Shown here: piece after piece, positions 1 to 14,273 of the stretch
Numbering within the stretch: the stretch's first letter is position 1
Layout of the letters: the number at the start of each line of letters is the position of its first letter
Assembly (NCBI RefSeq): GCF_006345805.1
Contig: NC_043015.1
Span: 23,002,001 to 23,066,000, forward strand
Length of the DNA: 64,000 nt
Origin: Octopus sinensis
Taxonomy: Eukaryota
Reading direction: 5' to 3'
Notes under the pieces: model-generated
The model's input: the letters and a program-made list of their open reading frames with translations, nothing else
Database searches by the model: none
Told to the model about the DNA's origin: nothing
Translations under genes and position numbers: made by a program

Positions 1-1689
1 CAGATAATTCTAGCGGATGCCGGAATAGTAAATATCCAACCACAATGCCCTTACTATCAAATAACATTCATTCTATTTATCGAGAATGGCATATATGAGC
101 GTCCTTTCTAATTGAATGATATCCACGTATACTCAATGCAACTGAGGGGGAAATGCATTAAACATCCGAAGGACGAACTTCATTTACTTGTATAACAAGA
201 CCATTCATCATTTCGATTCACTGACATTTACGAGAATTCTTCACTTTCAACTTTGACATCAAACGCCGTTTTCATATTCTTAATTTTCTTATTTTGCTCC
301 CAAACGGGCTAAGGTATTTCACCATTCAAATCGATGATTAAAGAATAAAATATCCCACCCATATGAGCTGAGAACTTTACAATATGGTTCAGAAAAATTA
401 TAACTTACAAGTGCGATTGAATTAACTGCTGAAGAGTATTAAGACACGATCTATTGCGTTAGTATTCATACATGTACATTTTGTAGTTTGATCTGGTTTA
501 TAAGGCCTGGTGTTGAGACACCAGCGTGCTATTACTAAAATATCAAAAGCAATATTTGCCGCTATGATTCTGGAATAAATCTTCCAGTTCACCGGGTGCA
601 ATTAATCTACGAACATTCATTTTGCTGAACTGTTTGGAGTGTACGGGTATTTTCGCTCGATCTGCAAAAATGAGCCGTTTGATGTCTATAGGTAAGGCCG
701 CTGGAATTATTAAGAGCATCAGTTAAAGCTCTTTCACACCATACACTACCGACTTAAAAAGAAAAGCTGATGAAAAAGATAAATATGAGTAATCCTAGAT
801 ACACTGGGTCAGCAGAAAAGTTAGAATGATCGCAACTCGAATGCACTGCGCTTTTCGTCTCCTTCATTTATATTGATTAGGGAAGAAACCAATGACAACA
901 GCACCAATTTCAAACATTTACTATCGTAACCTAGCAACAATGAGTAAATCAGTATAATAAATATAAGTCCTATTTATATAAACGTTATGATATCATTTTC
1001 TTATATTTCTTTGATGCCTGTGATCTTTGAACAGAGAATAATTCCTCTGTAGCGGTTTTTTCTGTATCTTACGCCATTCTGAAAGGCTCTGCAATGAGGT
1101 CTTGAATTATATTTCTCAGTATCTGACCAATATGATTAGCAGACACACATAATATTTCGCTTCACCAATGTTTTAATAATAAAAGAAGCCAGCTTTATTT
1201 GCTAGTGAAAAATTGCTAATATCGCTGGCATTTCTTATTCTGAGTGTGTCATTTATATTAGGTCACTTCAAACAATAACATAAAGATTTAAACTATGCTA
1301 GCTTTCTGACATAAAAATCATCACTTATTGAAAAGCGTTCCAATCTCAACTATTATAAATATATTTCAAATATTGCATATTTTAAACGCGTCCTTTTGTT
1401 AAAGCCATTACGAAGCGAATTAGGGAATATCTTGAAGCTATGACTAGGAAATTGAGCGATTATATAGAAGCATCTTTTTCGGTTAGACCTAACTCTAAGT
1501 CGTTATTGTTGTTGCACTTGTTATTTATTTTACAGCCCTAAGTTATTATTCATTGAATGACTCTATAATCAGAGCGATTCTAAAATGGACACCCTCAACG
1601 TGTTAATTATGCTCAGGACTATATCATACTATATGTTCTCTCCTTACTCAGTCGGTAAGATATTTTACTCGTCGTGCGATTCATTAATA

Positions 1690-1866
1690 CTTCGGGTCTA
1701 CGTCTATCTTTATACGTTCTCAGTTCAAATTCTGCCGAGGTCGACTTTGCCTTTCACTCATTCAGAGGTCGATAAATTAAGTACCGGTTGCGTACTGGGG
1801 GCGATCTAATCGACTGTCACCCTCCCCCTAAATTTCGGGCCTTGTGCCTAGAGTAGAAAAGTATAT
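1690..1866 (+). mobile_element. tRNA-derived SINE, family A (5'-decayed copy)
   Basis: B-box-like GTTCAAATTC followed by the family core GAGGTCGACTTTGCCTTTCA...GGTCGATAAATTAAGTACC...CCTTGTGCCTAGAGTAGAAA, shared with about 10 other copies in the window. Confidence 0.8.
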
Positions 1867-1949
1867 TGTGTCAGGATTAATACAGTTTACAACAACGAAC
1901 TTTACAACCATCTAGCATGGCTTATACAACCAAGTATGAATTAAATAGT

Positions 1950-2080
1950 ATATAGGACATATGGTTGTGATGCATGTGCCTGGTGTACCCTTATCAGACG
2001 GGTATTCATGATGGGTATATTGGGCTTCGTATATTTTACCCCAGTGTCACTTTGATGGCATGAACTGCCCTCTCACTCAA
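1950..2080 (+). mobile_element. 3' fragment of the non-coding (TAA)n-associated element seen complete at 31932-32490
   Basis: Near-identical to the reverse complement of 31932-32055 (GATGCATGTGCC...GGGCTTCGTATATTTTACCCCAGTGTCACTTTGATGGCATG...CTCTCACTC) and runs directly into (TAA)n. Confidence 0.85.
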
Positions 2081-2174
2081 TAATAATAATAATGATAATA
2101 ATAATAATAGTAGTAGTAGTAGTAGTAGTAATAATAATAATAATAATCATAATAATGATAATAATAATAATAAT

Positions 2175-2211
<37 letters not shown>

Positions 2212-2296
2212 TGAAATTTTAACTTGCCTGTTGAGGTCTCTGGGTGAGATTTGGAGTCAACTTGTACAAATACAAAGCAAAAGTTAAAATATATAA

Positions 2297-2352
<56 letters not shown>
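2079..2352. repeat. Compound (TAA)n/(TAG)n microsatellite interrupted at ~2213-2295 by a short unique segment, possibly a Dong-like 3' end
   Basis: Direct reading. The insert GAGGTCTCTGGGTGAGA resembles the 3' UTR motif TAGGTCGCTGGGTGTGC of the element at 32589-36047. Confidence 0.85.
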
Positions 2353-2359
2353 ATTTTAA

Positions 2360-2804
2360 CCGCAAGGACAACTTGGGGGAGGTGGGCATGTGTCGATTAC
2401 ATCAACCCCGGTGTCCAACTAGTACTTATTTTATCGACCCCGAAGGGATGAAAGGCAAAGTCGACCTCGGCATAATTTGAACTCAGTACGTAGCGACGGG
2501 CGAAATACCCCTAACCACTTCGTCCAACTCGCTGAAGAGTCCGCCAGCTGAACGTCTTAATATTACTAATACTAATAATACTAATAATATTCTCTACTAT
2601 AGGCGCAAGGCCTGAATTTTTTTTAGGGGAGGGATTAAGTCGAGTGCATTCGACCTCAGTATTTAACTAGTAATGAATTTGCTTACCCGAAAGGATGAAA
2701 GGGAAAGTCGACCTTGATGTCATTTGAACTGAGAACGTAGCGACGGGCGAAATAGCGTGAAACATTCCATCCAGCGTGCTAACGATTCTGCCAGCTCGAT
2801 GACT
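2360..2804 (-). mobile_element. Two head-to-tail SINE family A copies (2360-2558, 2590-2804)
   Basis: Each has GGATGAAAGG.AAAGTCGACCT...TTTGAACT.AG.ACGTAGCGACGGGCGAAATA...GCCAGCT, the reverse complement of the tRNA-like head and core. Confidence 0.85.
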
Positions 2805-2875
<71 letters not shown>

Positions 2876-3057
2876 TGGCTGCTGCTGCTGCTGCTGATAC
2901 TACTACTAATAATAACAACAACAACAACTACTACTACTACTAAAAATAATAATAATAATAATAATAAGAAGAAGAAGAAGAAGAAGAAGAACGAGAAGAA
3001 GAAGAAGAAGAAGAAGAAAAAGAAGAATTATTATTATTAATATTATTATTATTATTA

Positions 3058-3098
<41 letters not shown>

Positions 3099-3135
3099 AT
3101 TATTATTATCATAACAGCAAGAGCAATAGCAATAG
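2803..3135. repeat. Compound trinucleotide microsatellite (CTA/CTG/TAA/AAG/TTA)
   Basis: Direct reading. Confidence 0.95.
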
Positions 3136-3264
3136 AGCTGAGGAGACAGTAGAAGAGTAAGACAATAGTTATTCCTCGACTAGAACTGCCAAAATGCAAC
3201 GTAAAAGACTGGAAGAAATTGGATTTAAAAACTCACATTGTCAACCCGCAGAAAAGCACCATCC

Positions 3265-3850
3265 TGTTTTATATCAACTCTAGTGCTTATTTTATCGGCT
3301 TCAAAAGGATGAAAGGAAAAATCAATATGGGCATATTTTGAACATAGAACGTTAAGTCGGACGGAAAGCTGCTAAGCCTCTTGTCCAGCGTGTTGAGAAT
3401 CCTGCCAGCTCGCTGCCTTAGCAACAGCACTAATTGTGATTTCAAATTTTAGCACAAGGCCAGGGCAGAGGGTAAGGCGATTACATCGACCCCAGTTTCC
3501 AATAGGTACTTAATTTATTGTCTCGAAATTATTAAAGGCAAGGTCGATCTCGGTGGACTTAGAACTGAGAACGTGAAGTCTTACGAAGTGACCGGCGTGT
3601 CAACAGTTCTATCTTATAATAAAAAGAATATGAACAACAGCAATAATTATAATTTATGTACATGTTCACAATTTTAGGGGAAGGAGGAACGACCGATATA
3701 TCATCGACTCCTTTACTAGATTAGTACTTTCTTTTATTGGCCCTAGAGTGGAGAAAATAAAGCGGACTCGATCTGAATTTGAATGCTGACCATAGGGAGC
3801 CGGATCACTTAACGTAAATCATTTTATGCGATGCTCCAATGACGCTGCAA
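3265..3850 (-). mobile_element. Three decayed head-to-tail SINE family A copies (~3265-3419, 3438-3612, 3660-3850)
   Basis: Same core motifs as 2360-2804 with more divergence. Confidence 0.7.
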
Positions 3851-3888
3851 TCGTTTTCTTTTCAATCCTCATTTACTATGTTCGTGTG

Positions 3889-4246
3889 TGGAGGCGCAGT
3901 GGTTAGTGAAGCGGGCTTGCAGTCATAGGATCTCGGTTTCGATTCCCAGACCGGGCGTTGTGCGAAAACACCTAAAGCTGCACAGGGCTACGGCAGGGAG
4001 TGGTGGCGAACCCTGCTGTTTTCTATCACCACAACTCTCTCTCACTCTTTCTTCCTGTTTCTATTGTACCTGTGTTTCTAAGGGCCAGCCTTGTCGCACC
4101 CTGTGCCACGCTGAGTCTTAGCAAGAACTACGTTAAGAGTACACGTGTCTGTGGAGTACTCGGCCACTTGCATATTAATTTCACGAACAGGCTGTTCTGT
4201 TGATCGGATCAACTAGAACCTTCGTCGTCGCAACCGATGGAGTGCC
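3889..4246 (+). mobile_element. tRNA-derived SINE, family B, full length with target-site duplication
   Basis: Head TGGAGGCGCAGTGGTTAG (A box) and GGTTTCGATTCCC (B box); 14-bp flanking duplication ACTATGTTCGTGTG (3875-3888) / ACTATGTTCGCGTG (4247-4260). Confidence 0.85.
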
Positions 4247-5153
4247 ACTATGTTCGCGTGAATAACATCTCTAAATTCATCCACTCCGAACCTATTGTTT
4301 ATGATAATCGTTAACTTCATGTAGGTTTTCCTCACTCAAGCAATTAAAAAATAATACACATATTTTGCTATTGTAAAATGAAGAAAATACAGCCGATGAA
4401 GGATGTCAAAGAATGAACAATATCGCAAATCGCTATATTTCACGGTGAAATTTTTAATGTGCGCTTAAGGTTGAAGCAACAAGCAAGGGACGTCATTCTT
4501 ATTCAAAAAGAATATTCACAGGTCCCTAATAAATCATATGCAATCCCGGGAGATAAATGTATTATTCGTCTTTGGTGAATGAAGATTGGCCATTGGAATA
4601 CATTACACAACGCTATGGAGTATAGTGTTGTTATGCATGGATCAAATCGGAAATAATGAATAGATAGTAAGAATGAATTTCCATAATATCAACATAGAAA
4701 CACCCTAGAGTGTTTATGAATATATACTCTATTTGGCAAATGTTGATTTCTATACATTGCAGTTAGTGCAGCGTGTAGCTGCTGAATGTATTCAAATGGG
4801 TTATACGAAGATAGATATATATGAATTTAAACACGCGCGCACACAACTATTAATGAAGGAAACACACACGGTTTCCTTATTCCTATGAAATCCACTGCTT
4901 CCATTAAGCACACGGTGCTATTGAACTCTTAAGTTGTGACAAAACACTGTACGACAATCGTTGCGTTTCAGAAGGTGATATGTAAGTACTGTAAGAATGT
5001 GGACAAGAAGATACATAGATTGATATAGATATACAGAGAGAGAGAGGAGGAGAGAGATTGGAGGGATTGGTGGATAGATACAGAGAAAAACGTTTCCCAG
5101 AAAAAATCTCTGATAAAACGAATTCATATTAATGCACCGTATATATATATATT

Positions 5154-5280
<127 letters not shown>

Positions 5281-5896
5281 CCATTTATATGTATGTGTGT
5301 ATTTATAGACAGTTGTCTGCATATATTTATTCACATAACATTGGTCACCGCAAGGATCCTTCACAATGTGGCACTTATCTCGACATGATGAAGAACTGAA
5401 TTCCATTATCCATTTCACCCAAGCAATTGTAGCAGGCAGGCCATCAACATAACAAACTATCAAACCAACTACAAACCAGCCGTCGCGAAACAATGAATTT
5501 AGCTGATTGTGTATATATGACAAACAAACAATTCTTTCAACAAATTGCATTCGAAAACATGTGATAGTGAAACGAGCATTTTATAATGGTGTCCTAATTA
5601 CACTTGACTCCACTAAGGTATAGTTTTGTTTTTTGATAAAAAGATGTCTCCGGTCATTGTCCTTTGCGATTAGAGATGAATGGCGATAAAATTAAGAACG
5701 GCTGACTCTAATTCCAATACTAAAACTAGTATATGGCCTGAATACTCAGGGAAGAATAAATTGGAATTCGCACAATGCTAAACTATGTATCGTTTTTATG
5801 TTTATTCGAGATTTCATAAACGAAGTATATTATGAAATATTGAATTAGATTTCCATCGTATTTATTAGCGACCAAACACCGCAAACACAACTTCAA

Positions 5897-6026
5897 TCAA
5901 TTACGTACGTGCTTTCTTGTTCGGTTAAATATATCTGTATGTAATGATTCTTTGTCCAAGTGTTTTTCTCTTTTTATTTGTATTTTATATCGGAATACCG
6001 GCAATGTAAGAAAAACTCCACGCGCA
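5897..6026 (-). pseudogene. Possible decayed GIY-YIG C-terminus of a Penelope-like element
   Basis: FLTLPVFRYKIQIKREKHLDKESLHTDIF resembles LRIFPLYQF...RISKETLFITK of the ORF at 20462; abuts (TA)n. Confidence 0.35.
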
Positions 6027-6717
6027 AATATATATATATATATATATATAATATATATATATAATATATATATATATATATTAGTGTACGTATTAGTATT
6101 AACGTATATGCGTGTGAGTGTGAATATGTTTGTTCGTTCATAAATATTTACTTTAAAAAAAAAGACGAATAAACATAATCTTAAAAATAGCTTCAATGCT
6201 TTCTTTGTGATAACTTATTCTGTCATTTATTAGAAATCTGTAAAGTTGTGATGTTATTTATTACCTGCTAGTTCGTTTGGAACATCGATATCTCTTGAAA
6301 ATTCAACATCATGTATGTCTGGTATGTATATTACAGCTCCTTTATTTAAATATCCCATTTATAAATATCTTATATTTATTCGTGTGTCTCGTATAATATA
6401 CGACTTAAATGCTGGAACGAAATGGAAAAAAAAAAACATCGATTAACGAGCAACGAAAAAGTGATATTTTTCCATGTACGACTGGACGCAGTATGTACAT
6501 CGAAAACCTAAATGTAAAGTCTCTAAGCGGTTGCTCCAGCCATTACGAATGTCAGTCGAGATCTCCTAGGAATCACATTGCCGACGACTATAAAAAATGG
6601 CACATTTTGCATTTTAAAACAAAATATAGGTGAAGAAAATATGTATGTAAATGGCATGCAGTCATCAAATAATAGCGATTGGTTAGGATTGGGTATTCAA
6701 CCACGAAGAAAGATGAT

Positions 6718-6783
<66 letters not shown>

Positions 6784-7249
6784 TACATAACTTTCATTAT
6801 AGTAGTAACTATGGAAGACTAGGTGGTATTTGTATTTGTATGGACGCGATTTAGACTACAATTTAGTTATTGCAGTTTGCTATTAATACCGATGCAATGT
6901 ACATTGGTTTATATGCTTCTTTGTCGCAGTTTTATTAAAGTTAGTGTTTAATCCTGCCTATAAATTGACTAATTGAAAGAATGTGGTTATTAAGCTTCCA
7001 CACTATATTATAGTAGCTTAAGGTGAGAGTGTGGTTGTTACTCTCTGTTGCTTCCTTTCTGTTTCTTATCGACACATCATCCCTCTTTCTCTGTCCTTTC
7101 TCTCGGAAGTCCCTCGCTTTCTCTTACTCACTATCTTTATATATCTATCCCCCATTTATAAAAAAACAAAAGATCTTGAGTAAGTTCAGAAAGAAAATAT
7201 TTTGAAAAATCAATCATAAGTATCAGGCAGTGACAACTGAAAGCACAAT

Positions 7250-7620
7250 TGCCTTTTGTACGTGCCACTATTCGAGCGAATAAAGAGAAAATGTATTTCT
7301 TTGTTCAATTTAGTACTTCTTTTGGGAATTTTTGGACGATTGACCATGCAGTTTCTGGGTGTTGACCGTCATCAGCGCACGACAATCACCGGATTTCGAT
7401 GGAAGGGTCCCAATGCAAATACATATATCCTTTTTCTCGTGACTTTTCGTCACTAATCTTTCAGTTCGTGCGTAGCACTTAGGTTGACGAGGGAAGGATG
7501 ACCTCTCTTTGCAAATACCGATAGGGCACACAAAGTGTGTCAATAGCCAGAAGATGTTCTCCTGCAGCTACAAGCTACAGTAACATCCACCCTTAGTGGC
7601 TAGCCATATTGAGATGGCTA
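7250..7620 (-). repeat. Decayed interspersed repeat, possibly a LINE 5' region; related copy at ~26170-26298
   Basis: 7520-7620 (GGCACACAAAGTGTGTCAATAGCCAGAAGATG...GCTA...GCCATATTGAGATGGC) aligns by eye with 26188-26295. Confidence 0.4.
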
Positions 7621-7667
7621 ATATACGTCACATTGTCGTGCAGTTACTGTCTATACCTCGTTCAGAT

Positions 7668-7701
<34 letters not shown>

Positions 7702-8787
7702 GGTATATGTGTTTGTGGACGCATGCATGCGTTTGTACATGGCGAAAGAGTAACAGAGTTAATGTGAAAGTGAGCGGGGCCTGAAATTGATTCGTTCGAG
7801 CCATCCTATAAAACTCACTTATTCCCAACCTTTTCACGAATGACCCTGCTCTCTAGTTGTAAATATGCATGACGAAGCGGTGTGATTAAGCACTGAAAAC
7901 AACGAAAACGCCATGTTTGTAGCGTATTTCGTTCTACAGAACAATGTATTTAAACCTTTCAAATCAACGTAGAATTAAATTCTTGAATAGTACAGCTTAC
8001 TGTCTAGGAGAAATAAATACCCTCCGATATGTGACCTCCGAGGAATTGGGATAGACCTCCAACCAGCCTAGTCACCTTACGGTAGCGCGTTAGTGAGTAA
8101 AGGCAGAAGATCTATGTGAATGGGAAAAGAAAGAGGAAAATACGTAACAGTCTATATTGAGAACGGATTAATGATAAAATTCTGCACGTGATTTCAGTGA
8201 AGATAATGAGGTAAAGTAAAACGAACGCATTTAATAGCTTTGCGTACATCCTTAAGTTTAACTCTCTTATAAGTAAGTCGCTTTTCTGTGAGAAGTAAAA
8301 TACACGCATGTATTGGAATCATTTCTAATCTTTTATAAACATAAATTTAAATGCTCTTTCGAATTATGACTGTATTCACGTAAGTAGCTTTGACAAATGA
8401 ACTGTCTAGTATATTTGAACAGATAGTGAATTATACAGATAATCAATACTGAAACAAGACAGACCATCACGAGTGGATGATGTGACCTTTTGTTTAAAAT
8501 AATTTGTCTTTCTTGTCAAAGAATAAAAAGACATTAATATCAACCTTAGTATTCGCTCTTCATAACTGAAATCATGAAGAATTAAAGTCGTATTAAAGAG
8601 ACAAAGCGAAGTAAACATTGCGAAAACGGTTACGAAATTTCAATCAATAAATTATGTATGAAGGAAAAATTGTGAGTGAACGGTGGAGGAAATAAAGCAA
8701 GTTGTGCTAAAAAGATGGTTGTTGTAAACTGGTGGAGAGATAAGTGATGTCAGGAATAAATATTTGTGATATATATAAATATATACA

Positions 8788-8789
8788 TG

Positions 8790-8855
<66 letters not shown>

Positions 8856-8922
8856 GTTATTATTATTATTATTATCATTATTATTATTATTATTGTTATT
8901 ATTATTAGTGGTGGTGGTGGTG

Positions 8923-8995
<73 letters not shown>

Positions 8996-9012
8996 CAGTT
9001 GCAGCAGCAACA
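8788..9012. repeat. Compound (TTA)n-(GGT)n-(GTA)n microsatellite
   Basis: Direct reading. Confidence 0.97.
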
Positions 9013-9418
9013 GTAACGCGACAATATCTGCTTCCATTTCGGAAGTTCAAGCGTTAGATAAAATGCATCGGCGAACAAAAGTTGAGTGAAGTGTATTCTT
9101 GTTGTTATTCAGTTTATTTCAATCATTGATATCAGCCACCATGCCAAGGGGACTGCCATGAGGTTTTAAATGGTTTGTATCAATTCCTATACAGATTTCA
9201 GTCTGGAAGCATTACATTTCTATACGTAAAGAATAGCATTTGACATAAATGGTGACGATATAATAATATACGCCTGACATAAACGGTAACAGTGAGCATC
9301 AACATGCTCACGTAGCAGCACATACGTACACATACACACACGTATACACACACACACATACACATATATATATATATAGTTATACATACATACATACATA
9401 TATATGCATGTATATATA

Positions 9419-9505
<87 letters not shown>

Positions 9506-10214
9506 CAACTCCATTTAATTGGATAAAAATAGAGTCGCATGAAACGATCGTTTTGCATTACCTCTTGATATCCTTGTTGCTTAATTTGATTATAATCAAC
9601 CCATTTTGAATTATATGGATAATACTATAATAAATTCTGGTGCCTTTAACTTGAGCAGAATATTGAACTGAATCTAATTTTTTACTGAACTTATGCATAT
9701 ATATATATAATTGGCGTACATTTAAACACAAAAAAGACGTGACCCTTAACAGGCCGCCTTACATGATAGAAGGTGCAGTCAAAACAACCAAAACCGCATT
9801 TAAGAGCAATTTCAAATGGAATGAAAAATAAAATCATTTACCATGTTTTTTTTACAAGCAGACCAAGATTTCGAACTTTAATTTAAGAAGTTATGGCGCA
9901 ATCAGTATTTACATATAATCACAATTCAGCTTCGTTGAAGTATGTTTCTCCAATATTTTTACTGCAAAAGGTAAATACACTGCATTTTCCGTGGAGAAAG
10001 AAATATCTCTGATGGTAAAAGTGGGTGAAAACACCCATTTCATTCAGTGTCGCCATCTCTCGGGAATCGCAGACATCGATATTTCGTGTTTGCTGACTTA
10101 TGTCGGTGAGATCTATCTGAGAAACGAACTAGATAAAGCTTTGTATAAAATTCAGTCAACGTGTTGACTGCTTTACGCTAGGAGATCGCCCGATCGAAAT
10201 AAATAACGAAGTAA

Positions 10215-10362
10215 CGGCTTCAAGCTTTATTTTGTTCTGAGTTCAAACTCCGCCGAGGTCGATTTTGCCTTTCATACTTTCCGGGTCGATAAATTAGGTA
10301 CCAGTTGCATACTGGGCCCCCTCCATAAAAATCTCGGGCCTTGTGCTTTGAGTAGAAAATAA
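10215..10362 (+). mobile_element. SINE family A, partial
   Basis: GTTCTGAGTTCAAACTCCGCCGAGGTCGATTTTGCCTTTCA...GGTCGATAAATTAGGTACCAGTT...CCTTGTGC. Confidence 0.8.
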
Positions 10363-10499
10363 TATAAACACATATACAGAGTCTTCGGACTAAATAGACA
10401 GTTTGTATAAATAGAAAATTAAACACAATAAACCCGTCCAAAAATAAAAGTATTCTAAAATATCGAAGAATAACTAGTAGGTAATGGCTGGGAGATAAC

Positions 10500-10912
10500 A
10501 GTTTCCTCAAAGTTGCTGTCTCAGCTGCTTCCGGAATCTGATTCATGCATTCCTGATTGTGTCCATAGGAAGAACTTCGAATCCTTCATTGGTCTTGGCA
10601 GCCAACTTGGACTTGGTGTCTCAGAGGTGCGCTTGCTGAATTTCTAAGCTGTGCCCCATACATAATAATCCATAGCATTAAAGTCGGGTGCATTAGGAAA
10701 CCAGAAATTGTGGGTAGACAAGCCGTAGAAACCGCTTTTTGATCCTTTCCGGGGGTATAATAATCAGCTAAATCCTGCTGCTACACTTATGCCCCTCCCA
10801 GTAGCAACTCAATCCGATCCAGGTGTAACTATAGTCTCAAGTAGCTTACCTTACCACCTTAATTGCACCTAAGGTCATATTCAAGTATTTGGGCTGGAAT
10901 GTTGCCGTGGGG
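10500..10912 (-). pseudogene. Decayed IS630-Tc1-mariner (maT/DD37D-like) transposase fragment
   Basis: Minus-strand translation gives V*QQDLA and NFWFPNAPDFNAMDYYVWGT, matching the WQQD.A and WPP.SPD.NP.DY.VW motifs; stops and frameshifts are present. Confidence 0.75.
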
Positions 10913-11472
10913 ATGCAGTGAGAATGCCTGCTCTATCACTTCCTGTATGCAACAACTTCATTGTCTCCGTTGCAGCTTTCAACGTCACGTGTTACAGATT
11001 TTAGTACCTTTACGGAGCAGTTATTGGCATTATACTACCCAGTTCGAATCATGTTATGATACATGTATCATGTCATGAATCATGTTATGATACATGTAGA
11101 TCTTTTCTAATATAATTCGATAGTTTGCACTTCTCCACGTCAGCCAACGTTTAGTCACCTACAACTATAATCTTTTTAAATCCCCAATGGCATTGACCAT
11201 TTATCAATACACTTCGCTTTTTTTGAAAACAAGAGAAACATAAAATGCCGGCAAATTTAACTCGAACACCTTGATCAGACAAAGCTTACGGAATAAATAG
11301 TGCAAAGGGATATCTTAAGATTTAGATATAACTAAGGATAAAACCCACCTCAGTACCTTTGACATAATGTCATTAGACTGCAGCGGAAGAGACAATAGAG
11401 ACTATATTAAAAAATATGCACAAATTTCAAGGATGAATACCGCAAAGATGGTAACGATGCTATTGAATAATT

Positions 11473-11727
11473 AAGTTAATGCGCCCTTTTAAAACCTAGC
11501 CAGGCTCATGGGCCCAGTTTCCTGGTTTCAATGGCGCATGTGTTCCCCAGCTGGACGGGACGCCAGACCATCGCAGCGTTACTCATTTTTGCCAGCTGAG
11601 TGGACTAGAGCAACGTGAAATGAAGTGTTTTGCTCAAGAACACAACGCGTCGCCCGGTCCAGGAATCGAAACCACAATCTTATGATCATGATGCTGATAC
11701 CCTAACCACTAAGCCACGCGCATCCAC
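11473..11727 (-). mobile_element. tRNA-derived SINE, family C, full length with TSD
   Basis: Minus-strand head TGTGGATGCGCGTGGCTTAGTGGTTAGG and B box GGTTTCGATTCC, then TGTTCTTGAGCAAAACACTT and CTGCGATGGTCTGGCGTCCCGTCCAG; 11-bp duplication ATTGAATAATT at 11462-11472 and 11728-11738. Confidence 0.88.
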
Positions 11728-12723
11728 ATTGAATAATTGTGTTGGAAATCAGCATTATAATTTGCTATCCAAAACACAAAGCGATGCATCAGCAAAGGTT
11801 TTTTTTTTTTCCTGAAGCCTTTCTTCGTAGACACAACAGAGAAATAGCTAGAACAATGTATTGACAATGATTGAAACCGATGTAATCCAAGTATCTATAG
11901 ATATACCTGATATAACAGAAAGATCGAGATGTGATGCATTATTCGAAGTAGCACAATACTTGCAAAACCATTAAATGCAGTTGTGCATCTTACTTTAAAT
12001 ATGATCGGCGTCGCTTCTTAAAGAGTCCCTTTGTTGTCGGATCTGCAGTCAATTATATCCAAAAATGTGCTTAAACTGTAATCCCTCGACCATCCCAGGT
12101 GTTACGTTCCAAAAAACCCCCGCGAGAGGTGAAAATCTGCGAAGTAGAAACTGTACTGTGCTGTATATTTTTAATAATTATTTTTGTAATATGTATATAT
12201 TTATTTCATAATATTGCAAAACAAAACCACAATAGGCGGCTCACGATATGGTGAGGGATTACTGCATAATAATGTATAAAGCACCACATTAATGTATGAA
12301 GCATCCCACTAGAAGCATCAATCAGTGACACATTAACAGTATTTTGTTTAGAAAATGTATAAAATTCAAATAGAAGATTGAAAGAAAATATGGCTGCTCC
12401 ATCTATCTCCCTCGCCATCTTTCTTCTTTACCTCCTCTCTCTCTCCACCTACCTGCTTTGCTTTCCTTTTCTCTCAACCGTTATTGTAGAAAGTAAATGA
12501 TGGTCTATTGTGCGTCTCTCTATCACACACAATATTGGCAAAAATGTAGATATTTATACTGTAGTAGATAATATTACGTACGACAGACTAACATTTTGAA
12601 GCATTATTCGGGGCCGAAAACTAAATTTATTCAGTTTATTTCTACATGTATATGTAGGCATATATATATATATGCTTTTGCGTGTATGTATGTGTATAGA
12701 TATACATATATGTATGCATATAT

Positions 12724-12802
<79 letters not shown>

Positions 12803-12974
12803 ACGGATAAATCCACACGCGCACACACACGCATATATAAACACACAACACACATATACCGATGAAGGAACAATTCATTTTAGCAACCTTCAACGAAATT
12901 ATATTATTGCTTTCAAAAGATTAATTCTTTATTATGGCGCGCCGTTTACATATATGTAGACAATTATATACATG

Positions 12975-13035
<61 letters not shown>

Positions 13036-13059
13036 GTATGTGTATATATATATATATAT

Positions 13060-13121
<62 letters not shown>

Positions 13122-13602
13122 ATATATGTGAGTACTAATTTAATACATTATTTATCAAATTTTTGCCTGTAAACTTATAAAAAGAAGTAACCAAAACAAC
13201 TATAAAATACAAAGAAGGTTAGTTGAATCGTTTATATTGATCTTCAGGTTTTTTTTCTTCTTTGTTATCTGTTCTACAGTTTCCTCTTCCTTGCCGCCTT
13301 TATTCACGCTCCGGTAACATTATACAGGGGTTAAACAGATAGAGAAGACAAGTGTTAATGTGTCTTATATCTACATAATCTTATTGTAGAAACACAAGTT
13401 TTCACAGGTAGCTAATTTCATTACATTTTGCGTTCTATTTATTTCAGATTTTTTGTTAGTTATTTTATATTATTTCACTGTCCTTTTCGGTAAATTTTTG
13501 CTTCATTGTTTTTGTGTTGGCTCATACTAGATAGATTTTCAGTTACTTACATACTTCCGAATATATATATATATATATAGACGTTCATACTTACGTGTAT
13601 AT

Positions 13603-13636
<34 letters not shown>

Positions 13637-13801
13637 CTGCATATATATCTGCACACACAATAAAAACTCATACACAAGCATGTACAAATATATATGTGCA
13701 TATGTGGGCAATTCTGTGTACGTGTATATAGTTCTGTGTACAAATAGATGTGTATATGCATATAGCTCTATATCTATCTATCTTTCTATCTATCTATCTA
13801 C

Positions 13802-13876
<75 letters not shown>

Positions 13877-14222
13877 CGTTATGTTTATACACGTACAGAT
13901 TCGAGGTATATCTTATCTCTGTTTTTTAATGCTTACATCAATGGTATACTATCAACTATTTTTGTTACGATTTTACGATCTGTTAACTTTAGAGTCCTGG
14001 TCTGCCTTTACTTGTGGATGTATATGCATTTGTGTGTTTGTGTGTGTGTATGTACGTGTGTGTGTGTGTGTGAGTTTGTGTTCGTATACTTGTGTTTCTT
14101 ACGTCTTGTCTTTTATTACCTTTTTTGTTTCCAGAGGCAATCTCGCTTAATCAATTTCACAATGCTTCACGAAACACTGGCGCACGCACACACACGCATA
14201 TATATGTATGCATGTATGTATG

Positions 14223-14273
<51 letters not shown>

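Noticed and set aside
1-720. Unique-looking sequence examined for transposase or helicase remnants
   Set aside because: The frames I translated are interrupted and show no recognisable motif.
3889-3960. tRNA gene calls for SINE heads (also 11650-11727, 57560-57657)
   Set aside because: A/B boxes are present but there is no complete cloverleaf, and they continue into repeated SINE bodies, two of them with TSDs.
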